This document shows, piece by piece, positions 18,491 through 27,870 of a stretch of 64,000 nucleotides of DNA. The stretch comes from Alphaproteobacteria bacterium (lineage in GTDB: Bacteria > Pseudomonadota > Alphaproteobacteria > UBA6615). Position 1 is the stretch's first letter, and the number at the start of each line of letters is the position of its first letter. Made by a program: the position numbers and the translations under genes. Under the pieces are notes generated by a model. The model saw only the letters and a program-made list of their open reading frames with translations, searched no databases and was not told where the DNA came from. The stretch is taken from contig JAJFJA010000005.1 of the NCBI GenBank assembly GCA_021774445.1, positions 73,790 through 137,789 of the forward strand. The letters run 5' to 3'.

Positions 18491-18567
18491 TGGTCGGGGC
18501 GCCCAGATTCGAACTGAGGACCCCCTGCTCCCAAAGCAGGTGCTCTACCAGGCTGAGCTACGCCCCG
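18491..18567 (-). tRNA. tRNA-Pro(TGG)
   Basis: CGGGGCGTAGCTCAGCCTGGTAGAGCACCTGCTTTGGGAGCAGGGGGTCCTCAGTTCGAATCTGGGCGCCCCGACCA is a 77-nt cloverleaf with anticodon TGG and encoded CCA; TTGACA upstream at 18604-18599. Confidence 0.97.
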
Positions 18568-18705
18568 ACCGCTGGTTTCTGCGGGTTTCAGGGCATGGTG
18601 TCAATGTGGAAATGGATAGGAAAGGGCCTTCCCGCCCTGCGATCGCCTGCTCCATGCTGCACCACCCCGGCCACGCGGGCCTGGTCGCGACATCCTTGGC
18701 ACCGT

Positions 18706-18852
18706 CTACGACTGCTCGAGCCGGTTTTGGCGGGCTTGCCATGCGGCCGCCAGAACGCGGTCTTTCTCGGCATCGTCGAGGGGCGCAAGCAGTCGCGCAA
18801 CGTCGCGCGTCATTGCCGCTATAACCTCGTCCGCGTCGATGATTATTCGCAT
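18706..18852 (-). CDS. small hypothetical helical protein
   Basis: MRIIIDADEVIAAMTRDVARLLAPLDDAEKDRVLAAAWQARQ has protein-like amphipathic composition; no family recognised and start uncertain. Confidence 0.3.
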   Translation of the reverse strand: MRIIIDADEVIAAMTRDVARLLAPLDDAEKDRVLAAAWQARQNRLEQS

Positions 18853-19105
18853 GGCCTTTCCAACGGGCGACACGGGCATTTTGGATGCATCATGACGTGT
18901 CGGACTTGTCCGGCAAGCCAGATCCGATCCAAGGTAGGAGGAATGCGACGCCGGTGGGAGAGCCAAGCCTGGCGGCGCATCATGGCGAGGTCATTCACAT
19001 CCAAACAAGGTTCAACATCCGCTGTTTATTCCGGCCGCGTCGGTCGGCGAGGAGCGCCCTTGATCGAGATACCTCGAAGGTGGCCGGCGGGTATCCCTAT
19101 CGGCA

Positions 19106-19142
19106 TAGAAAAGGCCCGCCCCGAAGGGTGGAGCGGGCCTTA
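19106..19142 (-). terminator. Rho-independent terminator
   Basis: AAGGCCCGC...GCGGGCCTT stem followed by a T tract on the minus strand. Confidence 0.7.
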
Positions 19143-19182
19143 ACATCTGGAGGGTGCGCACAAAGGCTAATATGCGCGCCTG
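19106..19182 (-). ncRNA. candidate small regulatory RNA
   Basis: 5' hairpin, CUCC linker and intrinsic terminator with no upstream ORF; -10 CATACT and a CtrA-like box upstream. Confidence 0.5.
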
Positions 19183-19202
19183 TCCGACAGTATGGGCTGC
19201 AG

Positions 19203-19218
19203 GTTAACGGCGAGTTAC
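19203..19218 (-). promoter_or_regulatory. CtrA-like box GTAA-N7-TTAAC
   Basis: One mismatch to TTAA-N7-TTAAC, 8 nt upstream of -10 CATACT (19194-19189). Confidence 0.45.
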
Positions 19219-19605
19219 GGGCACAGACGGCCCGTTGCCGGCGCGGGCAGTGCCTCCGACATCGCAGCGACGGGTTTATTCGCAAATCACACAGTGACCT
19301 GGACACCCGCCTTGACGAGTTATTTCAACGCTTCTTCAAGATCGCGTGAACGACCCGTTCGCGAAATAGAGCGGTGAGCCGCAGCTCTTGGACGACCTAG
19401 TGGTCAATTAGGTCAATGAATTCCTTACTTTGCTTAGAAAGAAGCTAAGGCGCCCCCTGCCCGGATGCGGATTGGTCAGCCGCATGGGGCGCGATCTGGA
19501 GCCGCTTGCCTGCCGGCCGATTTTCGGGTCACCATTTGCAAGGCTTCAATGGGAAATCCAGGGTGATTCGGCTTGAAGCGAGTTCAAAACGGGAGGAAAG
19601 CAAAC

Positions 19606-20073
19606 ATGAAACGAGCCCTTTTCATCGGCTTGTTCGGATTTAGCCTGGCGCTGTCTAGCTCGATAACCTTGGCGCAAGACACGCAGGAAAGCGTGATCAA
19701 ATATCGGCAGACGGTGATGCGCACAAATGCTGGTCATCTTGGGGCCTTGTCGTCGATCGTTAAGGGCGAGATTGGTTACACGGAGCATATGTCCGGCCAC
19801 GCTGCCGCGCTCGCCGGCAATATGGAGATGCTGTTGGACATCTTCCCGGACGGCTCCGGCTCCGGCTTCAAAACCCGCGCCCTGCCGGCAATCTGGGAAG
19901 ACCAAGCAAAATTCGCCGAAGTTGTGACACGGGCGCGAGCCGAAGCGGCGAAATTAGTCGAGGTCGTCGAATCAGGCGGTGACGCGGCGGCGATCGGCGC
20001 GCAGGTCGGCGAGTTGGGCAAGAACGGCTGCGGCGCTTGTCATACCGCGTTCCGAGGCCCAGCCGTGAACTAA
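19606..20073 (+). CDS. cytochrome c' / c556 (class II cytochrome c)
   Basis: Signal peptide, IKYRQTVM, TRALPAIWED, C-terminal CGACH heme motif; GGAGG RBS. Confidence 0.92.
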   Translation: MKRALFIGLFGFSLALSSSITLAQDTQESVIKYRQTVMRTNAGHLGALSSIVKGEIGYTEHMSGHAAALAGNMEMLLDIFPDGSGSGFKTRALPAIWEDQAKFAEVVTRARAEAAKLVEVVESGGDAAAIGAQVGELGKNGCGACHTAFRGPAVN

Positions 20074-20229
20074 CGATAGCTGCTGCACCGGGGTGTTTTG
20101 CCTGGGCAGAAGCGAGTATGGCTGACTCCGGCCATACTCGCTGCGGACCATCCGCGCGCCGTGCTACCTTCCGGGCAACGTGAGTGGGTAGGGAAAGAGC
20201 ATGCTGCGTGCGCGATAGATTTGCGACAT

Positions 20230-20370
20230 CCGCCCTTCGGCCATGAGGGACGCGGCTACGGCATGCGATTGCTCGAGACAGCGGTCACCTGGCTCCGGTC
20301 GCGTGGCACCGACAAATTTTGGCTAACCACGTAACCTGGTACGCGCGCTGAGGGATTCTACACGGGCCGC
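20230..20370 (+). pseudogene. GNAT acetyltransferase 3' remnant
   Basis: HEGRGYGMRLLETAVTWLRSRG...WLTT*PGTRAEGFY with an in-frame TAA at 20332-20334 and no N-terminus. Confidence 0.6.
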
Positions 20371-20394
20371 CATCTCCTGGCCCGGCACGTTGGG

Positions 20395-22407
20395 TTAGGC
20401 CCCGGTTGCCGCACCCTCTTCCAGGGCGGCGATCTCCCGATCGAGGATTGCCGCTTGCCTGAGAGGGTCGGTCACCAACTCGTTACGCGCCAATTTTTGC
20501 CGGTCGGCAAGGTTGGGCACTACTTTGTGATAGATCTCCTGCCGCACGGTCTGCCTAATCGACGATGGAATATCGAGCAATAGGCGATTTAGCGCGAACA
20601 TCCGCTCGTCCGTAAATACCTGGTCCCACGCTTCTCGCTCCGGCCCGAAATCAAACGCCAGCTCATTCCTTTCGATCGCGCGGCTTGCGCGCCGTCGCGA
20701 CGTCGCCGGGCCGTCGACCTCGCCGTTGCGGATCGCGACGCCGTAGTCGCGCTCGGCCGCTGTTTCCGTGACGTAGCCGGCGCGCACATCGGCCAGCACG
20801 GCAGTCGGATCGCGCAGAAACGGATCGCCATATCCGCCGCCGCCGGGGGTCATAAAGGTCACCGTATCGCCTTTGTCGACCTGCACCATGTCGATCTTGC
20901 CTAGATCCCGTTCGCTGTCGGTGCCTTTGTTGAGCACGACGCGCATGTTGGCGCCCGGCTTGCCGCCGGCCATGCCCCAGGGCCGGAACCTGAACCTTTC
21001 CAGGCCGCGCCCAAGCACCGCACCACCACCTTGGGTGACGCGGAACGTGAACAGCAGGCCTAGCCCGCCGCGCCAGCGCCCCGGTCCGGCTGAATCCGGA
21101 TTGAGCCGGTATTCGAGAATATCGACGCCGGCCTCCAATTCGGTTTTCTCCGCCGGTGTGTTGCGTATCGTCGAGATGGATCCATCGACGCCGTCATAAC
21201 CGTCGCTGCCATAGCGGGCGCCCGACCCGACGATAATCGAATTGAGCACCAGGACGTTGCGCTTGTTGGTGCGCTTGTCAAACTCGGCCAGCACGACCGG
21301 CACCATCGCGCCGCCGCTCGGCGCCGGCATGTCCTGAGGCGCACCGTAACTCAGTGCGCCGGTAGCGGCATCGTTGCAGCGATAGGCGGTGGCGGACCGC
21401 ACGCCCGTGGCCGCGGGAAATTCCGGGTTCAGGATGGAGCCAACCGGGACATAGGTGGTCACCGGCTCAAAAATGCCGGCGTTCAGCGGCGTCGTCGGGT
21501 CATGGGTGGTGACGTAATGCATGATCCGTGTCGTCAGCCACGGGTGGCGCGTCGACAGGGTCGGGACGTTGTAGGCAGACATCACTTGCGGGTCGGTGCC
21601 GCTATAGTCGAGATGGACGGTACCGTCACGCAGTGTCGCTTTCACTCTGATGCGCACCGGTACCGGGGTCACCGCATCGTCGTCCATGAAATCCCAAAAA
21701 TCGTACTCGCCGTCCGGAATGCGCCGCAATACCGCTCGGGATTTCAGCGCTGCGTAGTCCTGCAGGTCTTCTTGCGCCTGCATGAATGTCTCGACGCCGT
21801 GGCTGGAGATGATCTCAGCTACACGCTTCTCGCCGATCTCGATGGCCGCGAACATGGCGGCCATATCCTGCATGTTCAGGTCCGGCGTGCGCACGTTCGC
21901 CCGGTAGAGCTTAACGATGTCTTCGTTGAGTTGACCGCGCCGCTTGATTTTTAGCGGCGGGATCAGCAGGCCCTCTTGGAAGATCTCCGAATTGGTCGGC
22001 GAGATCGAGGACGGCACCTTGCCGCCGACATCGGTCGAGTGAATGAAATCGTAGCCATAACAAACGATCTGACCGCCGTGAAAGAACGGCTTGATCAAAG
22101 TCAGATCGGGTGTGTGGCTGACGAGGCCGCCGGAAAAATAGGGGTGGTTGGTGAGGATCACGTCGCCATCCTCCAGCGCCCCGCCACCCATGATCGTCGG
22201 CATGCAGTCATAGTCGATCAGCGCCGAGCCGAAATGGCGTGGCGTGGCAAAGAACTTGCCCTTGAGATCCACCAATCCGACGGCAAAATCGATGGCTTCC
22301 TTGACATAGAGAGACCGGCCGGTGCGCTTGAGTGTCAGCGCCATTTCTTCCGACGCGGCGGCAAACTTCGTGTTCAGAATTTCCAGGCTTACCGGGTCGA
22401 TTTGCAT
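20395..22407 (-). CDS. hydantoinase B / oxoprolinase family protein
   Basis: DPVSLEI, GDVILTNHPY, HTPD, HSTDVGG, EIFQEG, GPGRWRGG, TPGGGGYGDP. Confidence 0.93.
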   Translation of the reverse strand: MQIDPVSLEILNTKFAAASEEMALTLKRTGRSLYVKEAIDFAVGLVDLKGKFFATPRHFGSALIDYDCMPTIMGGGALEDGDVILTNHPYFSGGLVSHTPDLTLIKPFFHGGQIVCYGYDFIHSTDVGGKVPSSISPTNSEIFQEGLLIPPLKIKRRGQLNEDIVKLYRANVRTPDLNMQDMAAMFAAIEIGEKRVAEIISSHGVETFMQAQEDLQDYAALKSRAVLRRIPDGEYDFWDFMDDDAVTPVPVRIRVKATLRDGTVHLDYSGTDPQVMSAYNVPTLSTRHPWLTTRIMHYVTTHDPTTPLNAGIFEPVTTYVPVGSILNPEFPAATGVRSATAYRCNDAATGALSYGAPQDMPAPSGGAMVPVVLAEFDKRTNKRNVLVLNSIIVGSGARYGSDGYDGVDGSISTIRNTPAEKTELEAGVDILEYRLNPDSAGPGRWRGGLGLLFTFRVTQGGGAVLGRGLERFRFRPWGMAGGKPGANMRVVLNKGTDSERDLGKIDMVQVDKGDTVTFMTPGGGGYGDPFLRDPTAVLADVRAGYVTETAAERDYGVAIRNGEVDGPATSRRRASRAIERNELAFDFGPEREAWDQVFTDERMFALNRLLLDIPSSIRQTVRQEIYHKVVPNLADRQKLARNELVTDPLRQAAILDREIAALEEGAATGA

Positions 22408-22410
22408 TGG

Positions 22411-24489
22411 CTACCTGTCTTCCGTCGCATTGATGGGCGTCGCGTGCAGCGAGCCGACCGCGTCGATTGTGGCCTGCCAACCCGGCAACAGCCACACGGT
22501 GGTATCCTCCTGCTCGATGACCGCCGGACCGACGAGGTGGTTGCCGGCATGTAGGTCGAAGCGCTGGTACAGTTCGGCCTCAAGCCATTCGCCGTTAACA
22601 TAGACCTTGCGTCGGCCAAGCGGCGCCGGCGGCGCCCCTTGGCCAATTCTTGCCAATTCGATCTTCGGCACCGGCGCGGTCGCGCGCAACCGTACAGTTG
22701 TGATGTCGACGGCGCTGTCCTGGTCGCGAAACCCGTAGAGCTGTTCGTGCTGGAGGTGGAACAGTTCGGCGATCTCGGCTGCCGAGCCGCGACGCCAGAG
22801 AGCGTCGGGGATCGCGGTGTTCAGCTCGAATGCCGTGCGGGGGTATTGCATATCCGCGGAGACCTCAAGACGGGCATCCTTGACGATCTCACCCTCACTC
22901 TCGACCCAAGCCAACGCTTCGGCCTCCAGTGCCCGCACGGCGCCGCGCAGATCGTCGACCGCCGCCGCTTCGAACCCCAAGGTCAAGCGCCGCGATCGCA
23001 CGAAGTCGCGGCTGAGATCCGACATAATCGCCCCGAAGGCACAGAAGGTTCCCGGCGCCAAGGGGACAACGACGCGCTCCAAGCCGACGGCCTGGGCCAA
23101 CAGGATGGCATGTGTCGGCCCGGCGCCTCCGAACGGCACCAAGGTGAAGTCCCGCAGATCGAACCCCTTCTCCGCCATGGCCTTGGAGATTTCCGTCGCC
23201 ATGTGCGCCGTGGCCACGCTAAGTGCCGCGTCAGCGGCCCTGGCCGCGCGCTCCGGGCCATCAAGGTGCAAGCGGCCGGCGACGTCCTCAAGGGCGCGCC
23301 GCGCGGCGGCGGCGTCCAGCGGCATACGGCCACCGAGGAAATGCTCGGGATCCAGCAAACCGGAGACGACGTAGCAGTCCGTAATCGTCGGCCGCGTGCC
23401 GCCGCGGCCGTAACAGATCGGTCCGGGCTCCGCGCCGGCGCTTTCAGGCCCGACCTTCAGCACCCCTTGTTCGTCGAGCCAGACGATTGAGCCGCCGCCG
23501 GCACCGATCGCGCGGACATTGACGACCGGCAGAATCAGCGGAAAATCGCCGATCCGCGTTTCCGTCGTGTATTCGGGCGTGCCATTCTGAGTGACGGCCA
23601 CATCGCTCGACGTCCCGCCCATATCAAGGGTGATAATCTGTTGCACATCCGCGGTCTCGGAAATCTGTGCCGCGGCGACCACCCCCGAAGCCGGCCCGGA
23701 CAATAGGGTGTCGACTGGGCGCCGCCGTGCCGTAGCGATGCTCACCGTGCCGCCATTTGAGGTCGCGATATAGATCGGTGCCGTGACCCCAATGTTGTCC
23801 AGCCGCTCCGCGAGATCGCCGTAGTAGCGGTCCATCTGGGGATGCACGAAGCCGTTGAGCGCACAGACCATGGTCCGCTCGTATTCTCTGATCTCGGGCC
23901 ACAATTCAGCCGATCCCGTGATCAGTAAACCCGGCAAGTGTTTCCTTAGCGCGTTGGCAACCTCGGCCTCGAGTTCGGGAAAGGCATAGGCGTTCACCAC
24001 GACAACAACGGCGGCCTCGGCGCCCGACGCCCGCAATCCATCGGCGAGCGTATCGATCTCCGCCGCCGAGGGCCGCGCCCGGATGCCGCCGTCGGCCCCG
24101 ACTCGCGCCGCCACCTCGAACACCATGTCCGAGGCGATCAGCGGCGCCTGCTTGGGATGTTTGTAATTGTATGAATTCGGCAAGCCGCCGCGACCCAAGA
24201 CCATGGTGTCACCAAAGCCCCGGGAGATCACCAGCGCGACTTTCGCCCCCTGGCGCTGAATAATGGCGTTGAGCGCCAGAGTGGTGCCATGGACGACGAG
24301 CTCGACGGACTCCGGGTTCCGGCGCGCCTTCGCCAGCAGGGCGGTCAGCCCATCGGCGACACCGCGCGACGGGTCCTGCGTCGTGCTGGCCTGCTTGTGA
24401 TACACCAGCGCGCCGCTGGCGCGATCGGCCAGCACGAAATCGGTAAAAGTTCCCCCGACATCAATGCCAACGCGGCAATCGTTACCCAT
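22411..24489 (-). CDS. hydantoinase A / oxoprolinase family protein
   Basis: GIDVGGTFTD, HGTT, EIREYER, LSGPASG, DMGGTSSD, GAGGGS, FGGAG. Confidence 0.93.
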   Translation of the reverse strand: MGNDCRVGIDVGGTFTDFVLADRASGALVYHKQASTTQDPSRGVADGLTALLAKARRNPESVELVVHGTTLALNAIIQRQGAKVALVISRGFGDTMVLGRGGLPNSYNYKHPKQAPLIASDMVFEVAARVGADGGIRARPSAAEIDTLADGLRASGAEAAVVVVVNAYAFPELEAEVANALRKHLPGLLITGSAELWPEIREYERTMVCALNGFVHPQMDRYYGDLAERLDNIGVTAPIYIATSNGGTVSIATARRRPVDTLLSGPASGVVAAAQISETADVQQIITLDMGGTSSDVAVTQNGTPEYTTETRIGDFPLILPVVNVRAIGAGGGSIVWLDEQGVLKVGPESAGAEPGPICYGRGGTRPTITDCYVVSGLLDPEHFLGGRMPLDAAAARRALEDVAGRLHLDGPERAARAADAALSVATAHMATEISKAMAEKGFDLRDFTLVPFGGAGPTHAILLAQAVGLERVVVPLAPGTFCAFGAIMSDLSRDFVRSRRLTLGFEAAAVDDLRGAVRALEAEALAWVESEGEIVKDARLEVSADMQYPRTAFELNTAIPDALWRRGSAAEIAELFHLQHEQLYGFRDQDSAVDITTVRLRATAPVPKIELARIGQGAPPAPLGRRKVYVNGEWLEAELYQRFDLHAGNHLVGPAVIEQEDTTVWLLPGWQATIDAVGSLHATPINATEDR

Positions 24490-24621
24490 TACGCCTCTCA
24501 CTCCCGCATCGCCGTTTGGGGGCGATCATGTCGCGTAGCCTGTTGCCCGGAAGATGGACTGCCAAGGCGAGAAGTACCGGCCGCGATTGTCACCGACCAT
24601 ATTAATCGGCGCGCAAAGGAC

Positions 24622-25860
24622 TTAGACCAGCAAGTTCTTGTGGAACTGACCATCCTTCATGATCACGCTGAGATGGGCGCCCTGATCCTGCAACAATCCA
24701 AGGTCCGCCAGGGGGTCGCCGTCGACCACCAGCAAGTCCGCCAAGGCGCCCGGCGCAATGACCCCGAGTTCGCCTTCGCGGCGCAGGATCTCAGCATTGA
24801 CCGAGGTCGCCGAGGCGATGACCTCCGCCGCCGGCAGCACTTCGGCACGGATGAGAAACTCCCGCGATTGCGCCGGATGCAGCTCGCCCACAAGGTCGGT
24901 GCCATAGCCCATCTTGACCCCGGCGGCACGGCAGAGCTCGAGCATCCGAATGCCGCCGTCATTTACCTGTTGCAGCTTTGCCATGATGGTCGGCGTCACG
25001 CCGAAGTCATCACCATGTTTGGCCGTCTCGGCATAACAAACCAGTGTCGGCACCATATAGGCGCCACGCTCCGCCATCAGCGCGGCCGCCTCGGCGTCGA
25101 TCAGATTGCCGTGCTCGATGGTGCGCACGCCGTTTTCGACCGCATGGATGGTTGACCTAGCGGTGTAGGAGTGGGCGCAAACATAGGTATTCCAGGCATC
25201 GGCCTCATCCGTAGCCGCCGCGATTTCGGCGGCGGAGAACTGCCGGCCCTCCAGCGGATCGTTGGGTGAGCCGACCCCGCCCGACGCCATGATCTTAATC
25301 TGGTCGGCGCCCTTGCGGAGTTCGTCGCGCACCGCCTTGCGCACTTCGTCGGCGCCATCCGCGATCCGACATATCGCATGCAATGCGTTGGCACAGCCGC
25401 AGAGATCGCTCATGTCGGTGCGCCGGCGATGGTCACCATGCCCGCCGGTGGGGCTGATCGCCTGGCCTGAGATAAACAACCGCGGTCCGGGAATAAAGCC
25501 GCTGTCGATCGCCGCGCGGATGCCATAGTCGCCACCGGCGGTGTCGCGCACGGTGGTGAACCCGCGATCGAGCATCGCCTTAATCCGGGGCACCGCCTGG
25601 GCCGTCATCTGGGTCAGCGGAATGTCTTCGGTCAACCCCTGGTTCAGGTGGATCGCGTAGACATGTACATGGGCGTCGATCAGACCCGGCATAAGCGTGC
25701 GGCCGCCGACATCGATCACGGCGGCCTCGGAACCCTGAATCGGTCGATCCGCCACCTCACGGATGCGGTTGTCTTCGACAAGCACATCGCAGCCCGGCCA
25801 CGGTTCGTTAGCGACACCGTCGAGAATTGTGCAGTTGCGAAAGATCGTCATCGACCCCAT
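24622..25860 (-). CDS. metal-dependent amidohydrolase (Xaa-Pro dipeptidase-like)
   Basis: MPGLIDAHVH, RGFTTVRD, KIMASGG, AHSY, IEHG, GTD, PGALADLLVVDGDP; start uncertain (25884/25860/25851). Confidence 0.9.
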   Translation of the reverse strand: MGSMTIFRNCTILDGVANEPWPGCDVLVEDNRIREVADRPIQGSEAAVIDVGGRTLMPGLIDAHVHVYAIHLNQGLTEDIPLTQMTAQAVPRIKAMLDRGFTTVRDTAGGDYGIRAAIDSGFIPGPRLFISGQAISPTGGHGDHRRRTDMSDLCGCANALHAICRIADGADEVRKAVRDELRKGADQIKIMASGGVGSPNDPLEGRQFSAAEIAAATDEADAWNTYVCAHSYTARSTIHAVENGVRTIEHGNLIDAEAAALMAERGAYMVPTLVCYAETAKHGDDFGVTPTIMAKLQQVNDGGIRMLELCRAAGVKMGYGTDLVGELHPAQSREFLIRAEVLPAAEVIASATSVNAEILRREGELGVIAPGALADLLVVDGDPLADLGLLQDQGAHLSVIMKDGQFHKNLLV

Positions 25861-25991
25861 AGCGCGCTCCATTCTTCTGTCCATCCGCTTGGGTAAGTGT
25901 AGCGCCTAAGCAGCGTATCGTCCGCAACCCATTCGAAACACCGCGTTTCTTGCTAGGATACCAACCGAGGACGAAACCGCAGGTGTCGCAG

Positions 25992-27698
25992 ATGGATCCG
26001 ATACGACCGCCCCATGAGGCCCAACCCATGGCCAGCCGGCACATGGCCGCCGCCGCGCACTATCTTGCGGCCCAGGTCGCACTACAGGTTTTGGAGGCAG
26101 GTGGTAATGCCATTGATGCGGGGGTCGCCGGGGGTCTCGCCCTCAATGTCGTGCATAGCGACTTTACCCATTTTGCCGGGGTGGCCCCGATCGTCATCCG
26201 GTCGGCCGACACCGGCGAGGTTGTCACGATCAGCGGTGTCGGTTGCTGGCCGAGGGCGACCGATCCGGAGAAATTCCAGCGCGACCATGATGGGGATATC
26301 CCGCCCGGGCTGCTGCGCACGGTGGTGCCGGCCGCGCCCGACGCCTGGCTGACCGCGCTCGAACGCTACGGTACCATGACCTTCGGTGAGGTCGTCGGCC
26401 CGGCAATCGCCTATGCCCGGGACGGCTATCCCGTTAACAGCCTGGCCAGCGAGGTTATCGGCGCGTTGGCGGAGCATTATCGGCGCTGGCCCGAGAACGC
26501 CCGTGTCTTCCTGCCGGCGGGCAGGCCCCCGCAGCCGGGAGAGCGCATGCGCCTGCCGGACCTGGCGGCTACCCTGCAATTCCTCGCCGATGCGGAAGCC
26601 GCGGCGGGGGGCGGTCGCGATGCGGGTATTGCGGCCGCACGAGATGCCTTCTACCGCGGCGATATCGCGCGTAGCATAATCGGTTACCACGAGAGCCATG
26701 GCGGTTGGCTGCGCACGGAGGATTTGGCGGATTTTCGTGTCGATCTCGAGCCTCCAGTAACGACCCGCTTTGGTGATGTGGATGTCTACGCCTGCGGCCC
26801 GTGGAGCCAGGGACCGGTCCTACCGCAGACGCTGGCCATTCTCGCGGGCGTCGATCTGGCCGCCTTCGGCCACAACAGCACCGCCTATATCCATACGATC
26901 GTAGAGGCTCTCAAACTCGCCTTTGCCGACCGCCATCACCACTATGGCGACCCGCGGTTCGTCGACGTTCCCATGGATATTCTGGTCAGTGACGACTACG
27001 CCGCCATGCGCCGCCGGCTGATTGCGGCGGACCGTGCCGCAGCCACCATGCCGGCGCCCGGATTGGTCCCGGATACCGCTCCGGATGCCGCCGGGGTCTG
27101 GACCGAACCGCCGCTCGACACGTCCTATATCTGCGTCGCCGACAGCCATGGCAACCTGTTCTCGGCCACCCCGAGCGATGGCTGCTTCGACGGTCCGATG
27201 ATCCCCGGCACCGGCCTCTGCCCATCGCCGCGCGGCGCCCAATCCTGGACCGATCCCGACCACCCGGCTTGTCTAGCGCCGGGCAAACGGCCGCGCCTGA
27301 CCTGCAGCCCGGGGATCGCTATCCGGGAAAATCATTGGGCGATGCCGTTCGGTTCTCCCGGGGACGATGTGCAGCCCCAAGCGATGCTGCAGTTCCTGCT
27401 CAACATGGTGCTGTTCAACATGACGCCCCAAGCGGCGGTCGATGCGCCGCGCTTCGCCACATTCAGTTTTCCGCGCTCGTCGGCGCCGCATGAATACTAT
27501 CCAGGGCGGCTGAGCCTGGAACGCCGTTTCGGCGACGACATCGCGACGGACCTGGCGGCGCTCGGCCACGCGCCAAACTGGTGGCGACCGTGGGAATGGC
27601 AGGCCGGCGGGCTCTGCGCCGTTCGCCGCGACGATGTCTCCGGTCTGCTGGCCGGCGCCGCCGACCGCCGCCGACCTGGCGGTGTCGCCGGGCTATAG
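25992..27698 (+). CDS. gamma-glutamyltransferase family protein
   Basis: GGNAIDAGVA, RDAFYRGDIA, EALKLAFADR, DTSY (nucleophile Thr), APGKRP, GSPGDDVQPQ. Confidence 0.9.
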   Translation: MDPIRPPHEAQPMASRHMAAAAHYLAAQVALQVLEAGGNAIDAGVAGGLALNVVHSDFTHFAGVAPIVIRSADTGEVVTISGVGCWPRATDPEKFQRDHDGDIPPGLLRTVVPAAPDAWLTALERYGTMTFGEVVGPAIAYARDGYPVNSLASEVIGALAEHYRRWPENARVFLPAGRPPQPGERMRLPDLAATLQFLADAEAAAGGGRDAGIAAARDAFYRGDIARSIIGYHESHGGWLRTEDLADFRVDLEPPVTTRFGDVDVYACGPWSQGPVLPQTLAILAGVDLAAFGHNSTAYIHTIVEALKLAFADRHHHYGDPRFVDVPMDILVSDDYAAMRRRLIAADRAAATMPAPGLVPDTAPDAAGVWTEPPLDTSYICVADSHGNLFSATPSDGCFDGPMIPGTGLCPSPRGAQSWTDPDHPACLAPGKRPRLTCSPGIAIRENHWAMPFGSPGDDVQPQAMLQFLLNMVLFNMTPQAAVDAPRFATFSFPRSSAPHEYYPGRLSLERRFGDDIATDLAALGHAPNWWRPWEWQAGGLCAVRRDDVSGLLAGAADRRRPGGVAGL

Positions 27699-27870
27699 CA
27701 TGTGACTTAGCCTCGTGGGGCAGTTGGAGACGCCCCCAAAATGCGCTAGCGTTATCTCTCCAGAACGAAAAAACACTAGTTGGTGGTGATGGACACGCCG
27801 GACTCAGGCAAATAATAGCAAAAAGGCCGCGCTATCGGCGTTTCGCGTTCGCCACGAAGGGAGAGATAAC

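Noticed and set aside
18481..19143. 220-aa + strand ORF
   Set aside because: It starts antisense to tRNA-Pro (GAPRFELRTPCSQSRCSTRLSYAP is the usual tRNA shadow translation) and has no protein-like features
19402..19417. GGTCAAT direct repeat upstream of cytochrome c'
   Set aside because: Only two 7-mers with no assignable regulator; too weak to report
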